From: Lama glama | Lineage: Eukaryota | Assembly: GCA_028534125.1 (NCBI GenBank) | Contig: CM052838.1 | Location: 60,326,001-60,390,000 of the forward strand | Length of the DNA stretch: 64,000 bases | Direction of reading: 5' to 3' | Part shown: positions 11,611 through 24,659 of the stretch, in pieces | Layout of the letters: the number at the start of each line of letters is the position of its first letter | Numbering within the stretch: position 1 is the first letter of the stretch | Made by a program: the position numbers and the translations under genes | The notes under the pieces: generated by a model | The model's input: only the letters and a program-made list of their open reading frames with translations | What the model was told of the DNA's origin: nothing | Database searches by the model: none

Positions 11611-13959
11611 GGTCCCTCCCCGGCTGCTCTTGGGGAGGAGTGAAGACGGAAGGCTCAGAAGACGAGGCCGGACTGCGAATGTTGGACTCTTCAGGGATGG
11701 CTGGCAGTCTGGGAGGATGGGTCCCCTTCAGACCGTCACCCCATCCTCAGAGGCAGAGGGTCTCTGGAAGGAATAGGACCCACTCCGACATCAGCCCAGA
11801 AAAGCCTGGCCCCTTGGGTCTCTGGAACATTCTAGCATTCCTTACATGTATTCAAGGCCTCCAAACCTGCCCAGGAAGAGAGAGCAAACCTGGTGTGGGT
11901 GGGACTGGGCCAGTCTGCAGTTTCACAGACCTGCTCCAGGCTGATGTATTGCTGGGTAAATTCACCACCCATGCCTACACCCAGGATGCCCAGTGGACAG
12001 CAACCTGGAGACAGTCATAGTCAGGGGGAAGAAGGGCCCCAGGTCTGGCCACTCTCTAGCTGCCTGTCCAGGGCTCAGTCACTCTGCCTCTCTGGGCCTA
12101 TTTCACCTGGGAAGCTGTGACAAGGAAAGTGACCTTGCAGAGCCGCAAGTGCGTGGCACACACTCAGCCTCAGCCAGAGATAGCCGACACTGCGACCACT
12201 AACCACAGCATGACCAAGTGGCCCCCACCCCCTCAGAAGCTCTGCCAGCAAAAAAACGAGCTCCGGCTCCATGAGGGCAAATCAGAACCCCCAGAAATGG
12301 AACCCTCCCTGCACTCGCTCTTTCCTCTCCAGTGCCCTTTAGAATTCCAGGACAGCTCCTAGCCCAGCAGTGGACGAAGATGTGGGTGGCAACTCTGTTC
12401 TTTCAACGAAATGCACGTTACTTCCGGGTGACCTGCGCAGCATTCAGCAGCCCTTCTCCAAATTACCCGGGTATCCGCGCTGCTGCACGAGGTCCTCCCC
12501 CAGGAACGTCTCAGAAATGCACCACTCAAAGGTTTCTGCCACAGAGGGAGGCCAGAGGCCACCTCCCCAGGTTGCTCCAACAGGCTGGGGATGCCGGTTT
12601 CCCAGATGGCGGTGGGAAGGGGCATCTGGAGAGACTGGCAAAGCCCAGGAATTTGATCTAAGAGGGCAGGAAGCAGTGATGGAAATGGGGTGTGGGGGAT
12701 GCAGAGGAGGGGCAGCCTGGGCCGGCTTTTCCACCCAGAGCCTGCTTGGTCAGGAAGCCAGGGAGACAGAGACAGAGGGGATGGCGTGCCCAGAGTGCCT
12801 GCCCCTGAGTGGGTGAGGGTGGCCCCCACCTGGGTACCCAGAACCCGCAGAGCCTACACTCACGTTCTCTGAGCAAGAGGGAAAGGAACCACATGGCTGT
12901 CTGTCTGTGGGGCAGAAGCCAGGCCTGCCAGGCAATGACCCCAGCAGAGGTCCCCTGCTTTGGGGGCACCAGCAGAACAGTGGCCAGGCTCGGTCTCCCC
13001 AGGGGAGCCTCAGGGTGCACCGGGGCCCCGCGAGGAGCTGGGCTGAGCCGTCTGTGCAGAAACAAGCAGCTGGGGCCAGCCAGCCCAGGGGCTCCCTGGA
13101 GGCGTCCGTGTACCTTGGGCTCTGTGGCTACCCCTCTCCTGTTCTCAGCGTCTTCCTGAAGGGGATGTCTGAGACCACTGGTCCAGCTTCTTTCTTCTCT
13201 TTCAAGTTTTCAAAAAATCGAAAACTGAGAATTACAATAAAAATCACATTAATTCTAACCAGTGCTCCTCAGGTCCTGCTGAGAGATGCGGTCTTAGTCC
13301 CTGGGAGGGTTTCAGGGGTGGGGTGGCCCTGGTGTGGCAGTGTCCTGCCAGGCGGGCTCCCCGGAGGGGCAGTGGACAGGGCCAGCTCTGAGGGCAGACA
13401 GGTGACGGTAGATCGCGGAGGGCTTGTGCCAGGCAGTTGCTAAGATCTCCCCGAGCATCCTGAAATCCTGATTAATGGGCAAGATGGCTCTGGGCCTTGG
13501 CAGGGGACTCAGGCGCCGTCTCTGATGAAAAGCAGCGACGTGCACTGCTGGCAGCTGTCTGGCAAAACGCCTGTTGGCCTGGCCTCCCTGGAGGGGCTCT
13601 GGGGACACCCTGGCACTGCCCGGGAGCCGGCAGGAGAAGTGGGCCGAGAAGCCATCAGACAGTGTCACCATCCTTCCCAGCCCCCGGGGACACAGATTCA
13701 GGGATGGGGAGAACAAAGCTATCAAAGCCGTCTCAGGGGCGGAAGCCCTGCACTGCCTGTATCTCTAGGTAACTGGACGCCGCGTGGCCCAGCCCCAGCT
13801 GCCCTGCATGGCACTTGAGCTGAGTGGCGCTGAGAAGGCACCTCTCCCTTGCCACTGCCCAGCCCAGAAGAATCAGATGTCCTGTCTGAGGCCAGACACG
13901 TAACAGGGCCCCAGGGGCTACAGCCACCAGGGAGGCCAAGATCTTTCTTTCACTCTAGT

Positions 13960-14130
13960 CAGTAGCTCTCAACCCACAACATCACCTCCAGGTGACTGTC
14001 ACGACTCAGGGGAGGTGGGAGCTATGGGCATCTCTGGGTAGAGGCAGGGATTCACAGTGTGGACAGCTCCCCTCCCTCCAACCAAGAATCATCGCATCCC
14101 AAATTTAATGGCGCTGAAGCTGAGAAACTG
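13960..14130 (+). mobile_element. MER20 (hAT-Charlie MITE), internally deleted
   Basis: Ends cagtagctctcaacc ... gctgagaaactg; internal gggcatctctgggtagaggcagggat and caagaatcatcgcatcccaaa; CTCTAGT target duplication at 13953-13959 and 14131-14137. Confidence 0.85.
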
Positions 14131-15009
14131 CTCTAGTCTCAACACCGTAGCATTTCTCCCTCCGACCTGGAGGCTTCGTTGTCCTCCTGGGCATTCGCTA
14201 GGCACCTGAGAGAGCATTCCCACCACAGCTTCAGTGCAGACTAGCTAAATCTGCTCTGGCCCCAGTGGGTTCCCCAGGTCTTTACTGCCTGACAAGAGGG
14301 AGGAAGATACGCAATTTACAGCCATGCACAGAAAGAATCCTAGAACAAACGGAACCTTTTTGAGCAGCTGCCCCAAGCTGGGGCTCTCCCACTCTCATGC
14401 CACCAATTCCTTTTCCTCCCTCGCTCCTTTTGCTTCCAGCCCTGGGCCTTTGGGATCTTAGGCCGAGAGCTGAAGACACGAGACTGGGCTCACCAGAGAC
14501 ACAGGGGTTCCGGGTGACTCAGCATCCCTGCCCTCCAGCCCAGGTGGCGATGGTCACTCTCTGCGGCTCTCTCCCAAGGTCTCCTCCTGCTGCGGAGGGA
14601 CCACCCCCTTCCCATGAACCCTGACCCCCCCTTCCTTCTGAGACGTCAGCCTGTGACACCAGGGTGATTCACACGGTTATCGGAGGCTGGAAGCAGGCAC
14701 GATGGATGCCCAGGGATCCTAGGAGAACTGCTGACGTCTTTTCCCCACCGCAGACGTGCCTGTGACAAGCAGAGAGCCAAAGTCTGAAGGCACGGACGCC
14801 GTTCTCCCAAAGTCTAAAGTGAGGCCCCATCCACAGGATCCCAGGTGCCTAGGCACCCTTGGAATCAGCCCCTGGGACCACGACAGGGTGACATGGTCAA
14901 CCTCCTGGCAGGCACCAAGCCCCACCTGGGAGCCCAGAGCAGGCGGAGACCAGCCCCGCCTCTGAGGAGTCCAGTCGGGAAGGGCCGGGCGTGATGAAGG
15001 GCGCTGGGG

Positions 15010-15150
15010 GCGAGGTCTCGGGCACTCTGCCAAGCACTTCTGAAATACCATCTCATTTAATTTGTACCACTTCCCTGAGATACTCAGCTTTATTATTATC
15101 AATGCGGAATTTGCGCCTCAGCAATGTGAGTGAATGGCTGGCAGAAAGCC
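15010..15150 (-). mobile_element. MIR SINE
   Basis: ggcactctgccaagcacttc...atctcatttaatt. Confidence 0.6.
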
Positions 15151-16149
15151 ACTGCAGGTCCCCCCTCCGAGCAGCTGCCTGGGCCGCTAGGCCGCTAGGC
15201 CGTGGCCGTTTCTCCTGCTCCTAACCCCACACCGCGACGATCAGGTGCCTCAGGACATCGAGCTGGATGCTGATGTGTCCATTCTGAGGCCCCAAATTAA
15301 CTGGGGCGCCCTCTGAATGGGCAGGCCAGAGAAGGAAGGGAAGGGAATCTGCTGAGGGCCCACCAGGTGCTGGGTCCTTTACACGAACACGACTGAGTCA
15401 CCAGCCAGCTGGGAGGAACGAATGCATGTCCCCACACACTGCCATGGGAGCCCAGTGCCCCAGCTGGGGCGCAGCAGAGCAGGGGGAAGGCACCCACGGC
15501 CACCCTGGCACCTGGCTGCAAGTGCCTAGGGAGACCCGGGATGCGCCCAGGAAGTGCCTCCGCACTCCTGAGAGACACACAGTAGGAGCTTTCAGACCCA
15601 GGGATGGTCATGGACTGGGGTCAGGGTTCCCTACTGCAGTGCCTGGACCACCAGGGAGGCAAACAAGGAGCATGCTGGTCGCTACTCAGCTACCAGCCAG
15701 CAGGGCGATCAGGGTGGGGCGAGGGTGGGAGAGGAAGTGGGTGGGGGTGAGACAGCAGCACCAGGAAGTGCACGGGAGCCCTGCCTGTGAAGCCGCCCCC
15801 AGACTCCTGCCTTCTCTCCTCATGTTGAGGATCCACTCGTCTCTGCAGGACACGATGGCACACGCTTCCTCGTCGAGAAAGCCCTCTTTCTGGGAGCACT
15901 GGGGCCATCGAAGCTTCTGGGAAGCAAAGATGCTGAAAACTCTGGAAATGCTTGCAGGAAACCCCCGAGTTTGAGAGCATGGGCCAAGGCACAGCAAAGG
16001 CCCCAGCCTGGGGCAGGAAACCTCCAAAACGGAGAGGGGCGGATGGGTATGGCTGCCCCCAGACCAGCGTGCCCAGCACCCACAAGCCCATGGTCTCCGT
16101 GGAGAGGAGAGCCTGGGGGAGGTGGGTCCAAGGGGAGGGTGGCTGAGCG

Positions 16150-16500
16150 TCAGCCTGCTGTGTCTTGGCCTGGCTCTACACCACCTGCTATGAAGTCATC
16201 ACCCAGCTCCTCTCCCCTTGGAGCCTCCATCTCCCCATCTGTGAAATGGCAGTAATAGCCTCTGGCCAGCTCACCTGGTGGGATTGCCACAAGACCTCAA
16301 GGGTAATTGTCACGAGGCTTCGGTAGGGAGAGGCCACTAACAGGGACAGTGGAGACCTCGACTGCACCCCCACCAGCGACAAGCCTGGAAACGTGCTCTT
16401 CTTATCCTCACTTTGCAGATGAGCAGGCAGGCTCAGAGAGGCTAAGTAAGTTGCCCGAGGTCCTAGAGCAGAAAGTCGCACTAGCAGAACTCGGGCGCAG
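16150..16500. mobile_element. Two MIR fragments (+ strand about 16150-16310, - strand about 16395-16500)
   Basis: gagcctccatctccccatctgtgaaatggcagtaatag; ctcactttgcagatgagcaggcaggctcagagaggctaagtaagttgcccgaggtc. Confidence 0.75.
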
Positions 16501-16809
16501 CCACCTGCCCCGCCTGCTCAGGGCTCCTCTAGCCGCAAAGAGGCCTGGCAAGGATTAGCCGTCGTGGGAAGCTGCCCTGGGAAGAGAGAGCAGCATCCCA
16601 GCCCTTGAGGAATGTGCAGCGTCACTGCAGAGGCCAGTGGAAAGTGCTCGCCACAACAAGAGAGGAACTTGGAGGCTCAGGGCGCGGGCCTGGGAGACAG
16701 GATGAGACCAGTGGGCGATGAGAGCCCAGCCCTGCCAACTTGCAGGAACAGCTGCAGGCCCGCTGCAGAAGGTGCCAAGGCGGGGAGGGCAGACAACAGA
16801 GCGATGGAG

Positions 16810-16950
16810 GACCAGGGGCTAGTCACCGCCCTGTCACCAACTGACTCACTATGTGACCCCGGGCAAAGAGCTCTCCTCTCTGGGCCTCAGTTCCCCCAGA
16901 TGCACAAGGACAGGATTAGATGAAGGTCCCTTCAAGTTCTGAGAATTATG
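16810..16950 (+). mobile_element. MIR3 SINE
   Basis: tgtgaccccgggcaa...ctctctgggcctcagttcccc and the MIR3 tail ggattagatgaaggtcccttcaagttctgagaattatg. Confidence 0.8.
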
Positions 16951-17569
16951 GGTGCCAACTAGAACCTTCTGCATCTCTTCATCCTCAAAACTGGGAGCAA
17001 AGAAAGCTGCCCTGATTATTGGAAGTTTTCATGCTGTCTTCCTAGAGGAAAAACTGTCGTCTCAGTAGACATCAGCACACTGCCCTCAGCAGAGGTCCCT
17101 GCATTGTTCCTGGACTGACCTGGCACCCTCTGACCACCCACCTGACCAACCACGACAGGGGGATGGGTGGAGAGGGTGCTGCCCGGCACGTTGGCCCCGG
17201 CATCAAAGGCAGCGGTGGGAAGCGGAAAACACGATCCCGGCCAGCCCCGCCTCCACGTGAGTCAGCAGCTGTTTCTCCTAACATGTTTTTCCTCCAGAGC
17301 ATACCATGGGGTACTGCCAAAATCCCAACAACTGCACAGATTTGGACAATGCCAGCTCTAAACAAACCTCCAAATTAAGCCTGAGCCCATGTTCACACAA
17401 CTGTGCGAAGGACGCCTGCCGTGAGCAGTGCCCAACTGGAAGACGGTAGGATTCCCGACCAGATAGCTGCCCCCTCGAGCTCGGTCTGACAGCGTGGCGC
17501 TCTCCTGGCCCTTGGTCTGCGCTGGGAGTGTGCACTTTATTCCCCCTGTTCCTTCCAGCTCCGAAAGCA

Positions 17570-17800
17570 ACGCACATTTACTGAATGCATATTTGCCCCA
17601 TGAACGATGCTGTGTATCTCCAGTCCTCACGATGCCTCCACTAGGTTAGCCCCATTTTTCAAGAAAAACAAACAAAGCCAAAACCAAACCAAACCAAAAA
17701 CACCCAAAAAACAAAAAAAAACAGAAACCCCCAAGGCCCAGAGAAGTTACTTGCCCAGGACCATGCAGCCAGTGGACGACAGAGGTGGGGATGACCCCTA
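17570..17800 (-). mobile_element. MIR interrupted by an A-rich (CAAA/CCAAA) microsatellite at about 17660-17728
   Basis: catttactgaatgcat...tcctcac...ccccatttt [A-rich tract] aaggcccagagaagttacttgcccagg. Confidence 0.7.
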
Positions 17801-18235
17801 CGCTAGCTCTTTCTCCTCTGTGCGCTCAGGTCTCCAGTCACCTTCTGAGATATTTATAGCATTAAAAGCTAAAGTCATAACAAGACGATTTGGCGACGTG
17901 TGCAGATGACATAATTATCTACCAGATGACTTTTCTCCCTAACGGAGCCAGGATATTTTATTCTTAGTAATATAATTAGGTATAGGATAATTTTAAGATA
18001 GTGTAGGCTCTGCCTTGCTCCCAGAGTAAGTGCTAAGAAGACAGCCAGTAACACGGGGCCTCTCCCTATAAGGAAGAACTTTCCACCAGTTGGAACAGGC
18101 CAAAGGTGAGTCTTCTTGAAGGGGCAGAAGCCCAGGTCATTGTAGTACACGAGAGGTGAGAGGTGTCCTCCACTACGATTCACAGAGCCAGGCATGAGGC
18201 TGTCCTCTAAGTGTCCTGACTGGACTCTGTATGCT

Positions 18236-18475
18236 AGATGATGATCAAGAAGGTGATGGTGGTGTTGCTAATGGTGATGAAGGTGATGGTGGTGATGATA
18301 AAGCTGATGATGAAGGTGATGGTGGTGATAATGCTGATGATGAAGGTGACGGTGGTGATGATAATGCTGATGACGAAGGTGATGGTGGTGGTGGTGCTAA
18401 CGGGGATGATGAAGGTGACGGTGGTGGTGGTGGTGATGGCGGTGATGATGAAGGTGACCACAAGGGTGGTGATAA
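18236..18475. repeat. Degenerate GAT/GGT minisatellite, unit about GCTGATGATGAAGGTGATGGTGGTGATGATAAT (30-42 nt, about 7 copies)
   Basis: Recurrent GAAGGTGA(T/C)GGTGGT anchor; produces the low-complexity ORFs at 18231-18582. Confidence 0.95.
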
Positions 18476-18484
18476 CTGCCGGCA

Positions 18485-18705
18485 GCAGCTACCATCTGCT
18501 GAGCATCCACAGTGTGGCCAGATGTGCTAGATGCTTTTCACGCTTTGGCTTATGTGATCTTCACACCAGCCCTGCGAGGTAAGTTATCATCCCCATTTTC
18601 AAATGAGGAAACTCAGGCTCAGAGTGGTTACCTGGCCAGAGAGTGGTGAGCCTGAGATTCAAACGCTGGTCCACTGAATTCCAAAAGCATTGTTCCTCTT
18701 CTACC
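18485..18705 (-). mobile_element. Near full-length MIR
   Basis: gctaccatctgctgagcatccacagtgtggccag...ccccattttcaaatgaggaaactcaggctcagag...gagattcaaac. Confidence 0.85.
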
Positions 18706-19841
18706 TCGTGTCTCCCCAAGGGGCCTACTCTAGATGAGGAAACATTTCTTCTGCTGATGGTCAGTTTGCAGCCTCTATCTCCACAGTACAAACATCCCCA
18801 GTTCCCCTATCAAGTCAGCCTCCCTCAGCCATTGGTGTTTGTTTTAAGAGGTAGAGGCTCATCTGAAAGGAAAGAGCTCATCCTAAAGTGGACCTAGTGT
18901 GCTCCAGACCCCTCTCCTGCCCTCAGCCATGAGTGACAAGGAAGGAAGAACAGTGTGGAGTGCTGGGCTTCACGCATCTCCCTTCCCCAAGGGCTCCCCA
19001 ACCTCCCTTCAGAGGCTGCTTCCCGCCCAAACCACCCCAAAGACAAAGCTGCAGCAGTTAAGGCGGCAATGAGGCAGAGCAGGCCAGCAGCACTCAGGCA
19101 GAGCACACCCTTTGTCCTTTTCGGCCAGTTTCTGTCTCTGTGCTACAGGGAGCAGAGCAAGGTCACTCCTTGGCCCACCCTTTCAGAGCCTCTGATGGTC
19201 CTGCTGTCAGCCTGCAACCAGGAGTCAAGGCCGACTGCCTAGCTCACATCCCCTGCTCCATTTCCCTCTGGCCCGAAGGGTAGGAGGCCAGGAGGGGCAG
19301 AGCAGCCTGAGGGCACCACCTGGAGTCCTCCTAAGTATGCTGTGGCCTCCGAGCTGCACAAGACAGGCAGGGATGCAGCTGAGAAGGGCTGCCAGGTGAG
19401 CGGTACAAGGGCACAGCCGTGGCCCAGGCTTGCTCCTGACCCACAGGTCCCACGACTGGAAGCCCAGCGGCTGAACAAAAGCATAAGCCCGCAGACAGGC
19501 CCAGGGCCCAGACTGAGCACACCACTCTCCCGCCGCCTCCTCCTCTGCCTGGCCTCCCGGTGGACATCCCAGCCCAGCAGCCTCTTCGTTTCCTCCTCAG
19601 GGCAATGCCCTGCAGTCAGCTGACCTCCTGCCCTGGGGCCTGACCGCTCTGGAGCTGCCTGGTGACCCTCGCTGAAGACACCTGCTGAAGATCAGCAGAT
19701 CCCCGGCTTCTCCAACACTGACACGTGGTGCCTCATGCGGCCCCTGCCCACCGAGCCTGCAATGTTCGTGCCAGGCCCAGCCATCAGGATGAGCTAAGCC
19801 TGGAGGCCATTTTTTAACCCCTGGGGCCTTCGCTCACTGGT

Positions 19842-19935
19842 TCCTTTATTCATCTGCATCGATGAAGCACCTACTGTGTGCCAGGTGCTGTCCTGAGCTC
19901 CATGGACTCAGGGACCATGGTCCTTGCCCTCTAGG
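19842..19935 (-). mobile_element. L2 3' end
   Basis: gaagcacctactgtgtgccaggtgctgtcctgagc...atggtccttgccctc. Confidence 0.75.
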
Positions 19936-21399
19936 ATCCCCCTTCCAAAGGATGTGGCTGAAGAATTTCAAACCCAGCACAATTCGGACTTATCAAGTAC
20001 AGGAAGAATGAGAATTCTTAGGCTGGAACTATTTCTCCAGGTTCTTCATCTCTAGCCCTCTATTCCAGGTAAGGCCTGAGACTTTCCCAAGTCTGTCCCT
20101 GCAGAGGGGAAGATCAAGCATTTCCCAAGTGTTTCTGCTCCACTGGTCTGAACGGAAACAGCGCTTAGAGGACTTATCACTCACACAGATTGTCCACCGG
20201 CAGCCCTGGGGGCCTGGGCAGCTCGGGGACGTGTCCTGTGCACACTGCTGCCAAGTGGCAGCGGCTGTGGCTGTGGCCTCTCTGCGGTGGGCTTTGGGGA
20301 GTTTGGAACCTGGTACAAAGCCGCCCACAAATCTGGTCCCAGACTGTTCCCCCTGGCGACAAGCTGCCGGGTGACCACGGCACAGCCACTTCTCTTTTCT
20401 GGGCCTCAATGGCTTCACCTGCACAGTCAAGGAATTGAAGGAGGTCTGGTGTTTCTGGGCACCAGGGTTAATATCAGGAGTCCAGTGCAAGTGGGAAGGA
20501 ATAGTTTGTGGTCACACAGCTGTGGACAAACACTGTGGCGTAGGGCCGAAACTGCAGTGTTCCCCTGCCCTCCCTGGTCCCCAGCTCGAGGCCCATTTCC
20601 TCAATGTGGAGAGCAGAGGAATCCCAGGGGAACACTCCGCCACTGAGAGGAGACGTGTTCTTTCCAGCTGAGGTTTGCAGGCGAGTCCCCTGGCCTCAGG
20701 CCCCTCCTGTCCCCCTCCAGCCCACGGCTGCACACAGGCACAGGATGCCTTGTGTGGGTGTGGCCTCCACCAACCAAATACTTCCAAGGGACTGCAGATG
20801 AACAGGCTTGTCTTCCCAAGGGGCACCCAGTGCCTCGGCCAGAAGGAGACTCTGCTGGCAGCCCTAAGAGGAGCCACGAGCCCATGAAGCCAGGACAGTA
20901 CTTTCCAACAGGGTCCCCGGGGCCCTGCAGAAAACTCAGCTGAAAGGAGCCTTGGGGGCTGCCTGTCTGCACCCCCAGTATCCCAAACACACTCTCCTGT
21001 TTTGCTCTTTGAAGCTACTTTGGCTGATAATTTTTATGCCCACTTTGGGGAGTGAAGCCCTATTCCAGCTCACAGAGGCTTCGGTGAGTTTCTCTGATGA
21101 AGCCCCAAGCTCATGGCCAGGAAAGGACATTTCCAGATTTTGTAAAGAGCTGTGCCTGAGGCCGGGGCGGCTGGCTTCCTCTAGGCCAAGAAGGGTGAGC
21201 ACGGCAGGGGCTGGCAGAAGGGCCCTGCTTGGAGACTCTGATGCTGAACAGGGGCGTCTTTGGAACCAGAGACAGCTGGGCACCCCCGGGGCCCAGGCAG
21301 CCAGGCCTCTCTCTCCAGCCTCTACTTTCGAGTGGTTCTGCCAATATAGCCAAGGACGGATGGGCTGTGGGTCCATCACTAGGGTGACAGCATCAGGCC

Positions 21400-21580
21400 A
21401 GGAGCCAGACAGACCTGGGCTCCAGGCCCTCTGTGCAGCCACTTCCTCATGGTGTGGCCTTGGGCAGGCCCTACCCCCGAGCCTCACTCTTCTCATGTAT
21501 AAGTTGGGTCAGCAGAGCCCATCTCAGAGGGATCCCAGGAGGAAGAAACGCGACAAGGTGCGTGAATGTACTTTGTGACT
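21400..21580 (+). mobile_element. MIR SINE
   Basis: ggagccagacagacctgggctcca...tgtggccttgggcagg...gagcctcactcttctcatgtataa. Confidence 0.75.
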
Positions 21581-23439
21581 CTAATGTGTAGGACGGATGG
21601 GAGGGGTCCAGGCCATGCCAGGTAGGATACCTGCTGTCCAGTTCAGGACCAGAGCCGGCTGGATTCTCCGGCTTACGTTTTTACATTCACCAGCACTGGC
21701 CAGAGGCTCAGCTGGCAAACCGCAGGGGCCGGGTTCCACCTGGCAGGCTTCTGGCAGTTCCAGTCAGCACCCTTCCCAGGCCTCAGCCTGTCAGGTCACT
21801 CTGTGGACGCAGGAAGGATGAACGCTTAGAGCCGTTAAGGCACTCACGGGATGCCAGGCACTAGCTAGGCTGCCACATCTCCCTTATTTGGAAAGAATGG
21901 AAACTCCTGGGTGTAATCCTAAAGAAAAAGGCTCACGTCATATCATTATCAAAGGAAATAATTAGGAAGCATTAAATGATAAACATGCTGTGAGCTAAAT
22001 GCTGTGCCTGGCATCCAGCACTAAGGTAGTCAGGAAAAGATCTTGGAACAAAGGACCTGAAGCCTTGGGCCTGCCTGGCCCTCCTAACCCCTGGGTCTGA
22101 GCAGTGATGCCTTCCACACCGGGACCGCAACGGGGCTGCAGTGGAACACGGTCTCCGGGAAAGGGGCATTTCTGACTGGCTGCCACACAGGCAGGACGGG
22201 AAGGAAGGGCGCTCCCGCGGCCAGGGCTCTGGTCCCTGGCAGGTGTGAGGATGGTGGTGGGGGCGGCAGGGTGGTGAGAGCTCATTTTCCACTTAGCGTA
22301 GAACAAACAGAAGCGAGTTACTGGAAGGCAGACTCCGTCTCTGAGCAGCCTTGGGGGAGAAGCTCCAGTCCGGTCACGTGCAACCTGGCAAAGAAGGGAT
22401 GGCAGGAACTCGCTCCCTTCCGTTACCAGTTACCAGAACGGTCAGCGCTGACGGGGCAGTGCGTTTTGGGTGGGGCTGCAGGTGGCTCAGCCTTCCTGCG
22501 GCTCTGACATGATGCTCTCCGCTCTGGACTTCCCGGGTCTGCGAGCCAGCCACGTCATGGGAGCCCTGGGTGCCCACTCCCCATTCACGGTTGGCCTGAG
22601 GAGCCACAAGGGCAGGTTCACAGCAGGTCATCTGGCTTCTTTTAAAAGGAAGACACACAGGAAGGGCACAGCGATCACTCTGCCAACAGTCAAGACTGAC
22701 ATGAGCCAAAGGCCCCAAACAGAGCCCAGGTTACCTGGGCCCAAGGCGCACAGAGGTCACAGGCTTCTGGGAAACCACGTGCTTGCTGATGGCGGCACGG
22801 AATACGAGCTGCAGGGCCTGGGACTACTCCGCCAGGCCCTCAGTCCAGCCACCCACTCCTAACTGCACTGCCACCCTGAGTGCTCCCAGACAGACAGGGT
22901 GGGCTGCCCACCATGACCTGTCGTGTTTACGTGACAGGGCTGCTGAGAAACTCAAGGACAGTCAGCCCCCATCTCGTGCCCACACCCCAGGACCATCCCA
23001 TGGCGACACCCCCGCCCCCTGCCCCGACAGATAGCCCAGTCTGAGGCTGGGAGTCTCCATATGAGTCCAGGGTTTGTACCAAGACCCTCTGGGCTGGTGA
23101 GGGGCCCAAAAGTCACTAGGATGTCAATAGGAAAACGATGGGCTCCTTGAACTTGACACCTTCCCCCCACCAAGATGTTCCCTCCCATAGACTTTGAGGA
23201 CAGTATTGCAGGACACCAGCTGGTGAGGAGAGGGAGCAGGGACTCTGGGAGACGGCCCCTCCTTGGAGGCACCTGGCCACTCTAGGTGATGACCGCCACC
23301 CAGGGTACCACTTAGCAGTGCAAGTGCCTGACCCCGTCCCCAGCCCCAGCCAACACAGCCAGCCTCTGGGGTCTCTCAAGCCCCCTCCCCATGGGAGGTC
23401 TTTTTGTCCTCTCTCCCCTGTTGCCCAAACTTCTGGTCT

Positions 23440-23720
23440 TCCGAGCATGACTCTGACCTGGTCTCCCTGCTCCTGCTGACTATGTGTCTGCCCACACAAA
23501 GGGAAGCTTCCGGAGAGCAGGGCCTGTGGCCATCCTGCCCCACACATATCCTCAGTGCTGAGAGCAGTGCCTGCACACAGTAGGTACACACTGAACAGCA
23601 GTGGCCCCAGAATGAATAGGATCCATCTGGATGAAGGGAATGGGGTCTTGCATCTGTTTTTCCTACTCTACAGCACCAGCACTTAGTAGGTCCTCAAAGA
23701 AGGTTGCTGGATTGAACAAG
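23440..23720 (+). mobile_element. L2 3' end fragments (two tandem tails)
   Basis: gggaagcttccggagagcagggcctgtg...agcagtgcctgcacacagtaggtac; cagcacttagtaggtcctcaaagaaggttgctggattgaa. Confidence 0.65.
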
Positions 23721-24659
23721 AGGTGACAGAGAGCCCCCCGGACACGGGCCCTACACAGGAACAGAACAAATTAGGGAGGAAGCCAGCCTCTGCCTTGGCG
23801 CAGGGCGAGGCCTGAGAACCGGGGACGCCGACACTGGAGGCGGCGCTTTCGGGTTTTCTGACATCAAATGCACACCCTGGCTGTGCAGGGCCGGCGCGGG
23901 AGCACAACAGGCCCCAGAAATCAGTGTGTCCTGCGTGAGCACGGGGGCCATGGTGGGTGTGCATGCGTTCCTGGGCCTTAAAATGGAATGGTTCATGTAC
24001 AGAAAATGATGTAGCTGGACCAGCTCCCTGGACTCATGTGCAAACTATTCATAAAGAACAAAACCAAAACAAAGGCAGGGCCCTGCCCACCAGCAATCCT
24101 GCTCCAAGTCCGTGGTACAGGGCTGATATTGGAAATGACTCTCTTGCTTGGACTGGCTGCAAACATCTGGCCAAGTTGTGCTCGGTGCAGCCAGGCCAAC
24201 TCAGCTCCTGCACCCAGGCCAACAAGCCCCTTGAACGGATGTGGGGCTGATTTAATCATGTGAGGCGTGGTGTCCCAGCTGATGGATTGTGTTCTGTGAT
24301 GGTGAAGGGAGAACAGCATTATTACAAACTCATGATACAAGAGAATCAACCCATTCACCATAGAGTTTGGACCAAACAGCCTAAAAGAATTCAATTCTAT
24401 TTTGCACAGGGCCAAGAATTTTGTGGTAACTTTTTTTTTTTAAACTATGTCTGCTTTTCTTATTGGATAGAGTGAAAAACCAGTGCTAAGTTCATTTTTT
24501 TTTCATTTTAATGAGTAGTAGTTCTTTCATTTCCCTCTTTTAAAGGCATGAATTCTTATTTCTTGTTCATTCCACACATAGGGTATCTGAACCTACAGAA
24601 TCAATGGACTCCTGGCCTGGAACGGGTGTCAAGAGTCTCCATTCAGTGATATAGTTGTT

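Noticed and set aside
18231-18582. D/G-, M/V-, I/T- and S/P-rich ORFs as real proteins
   Set aside because: All are frames of one trinucleotide-based minisatellite; no splice or promoter support.
21882-21891. Perfect CArG box CCTTATTTGG
   Set aside because: Isolated; a few such 10-mers are expected by chance in 64 kb.
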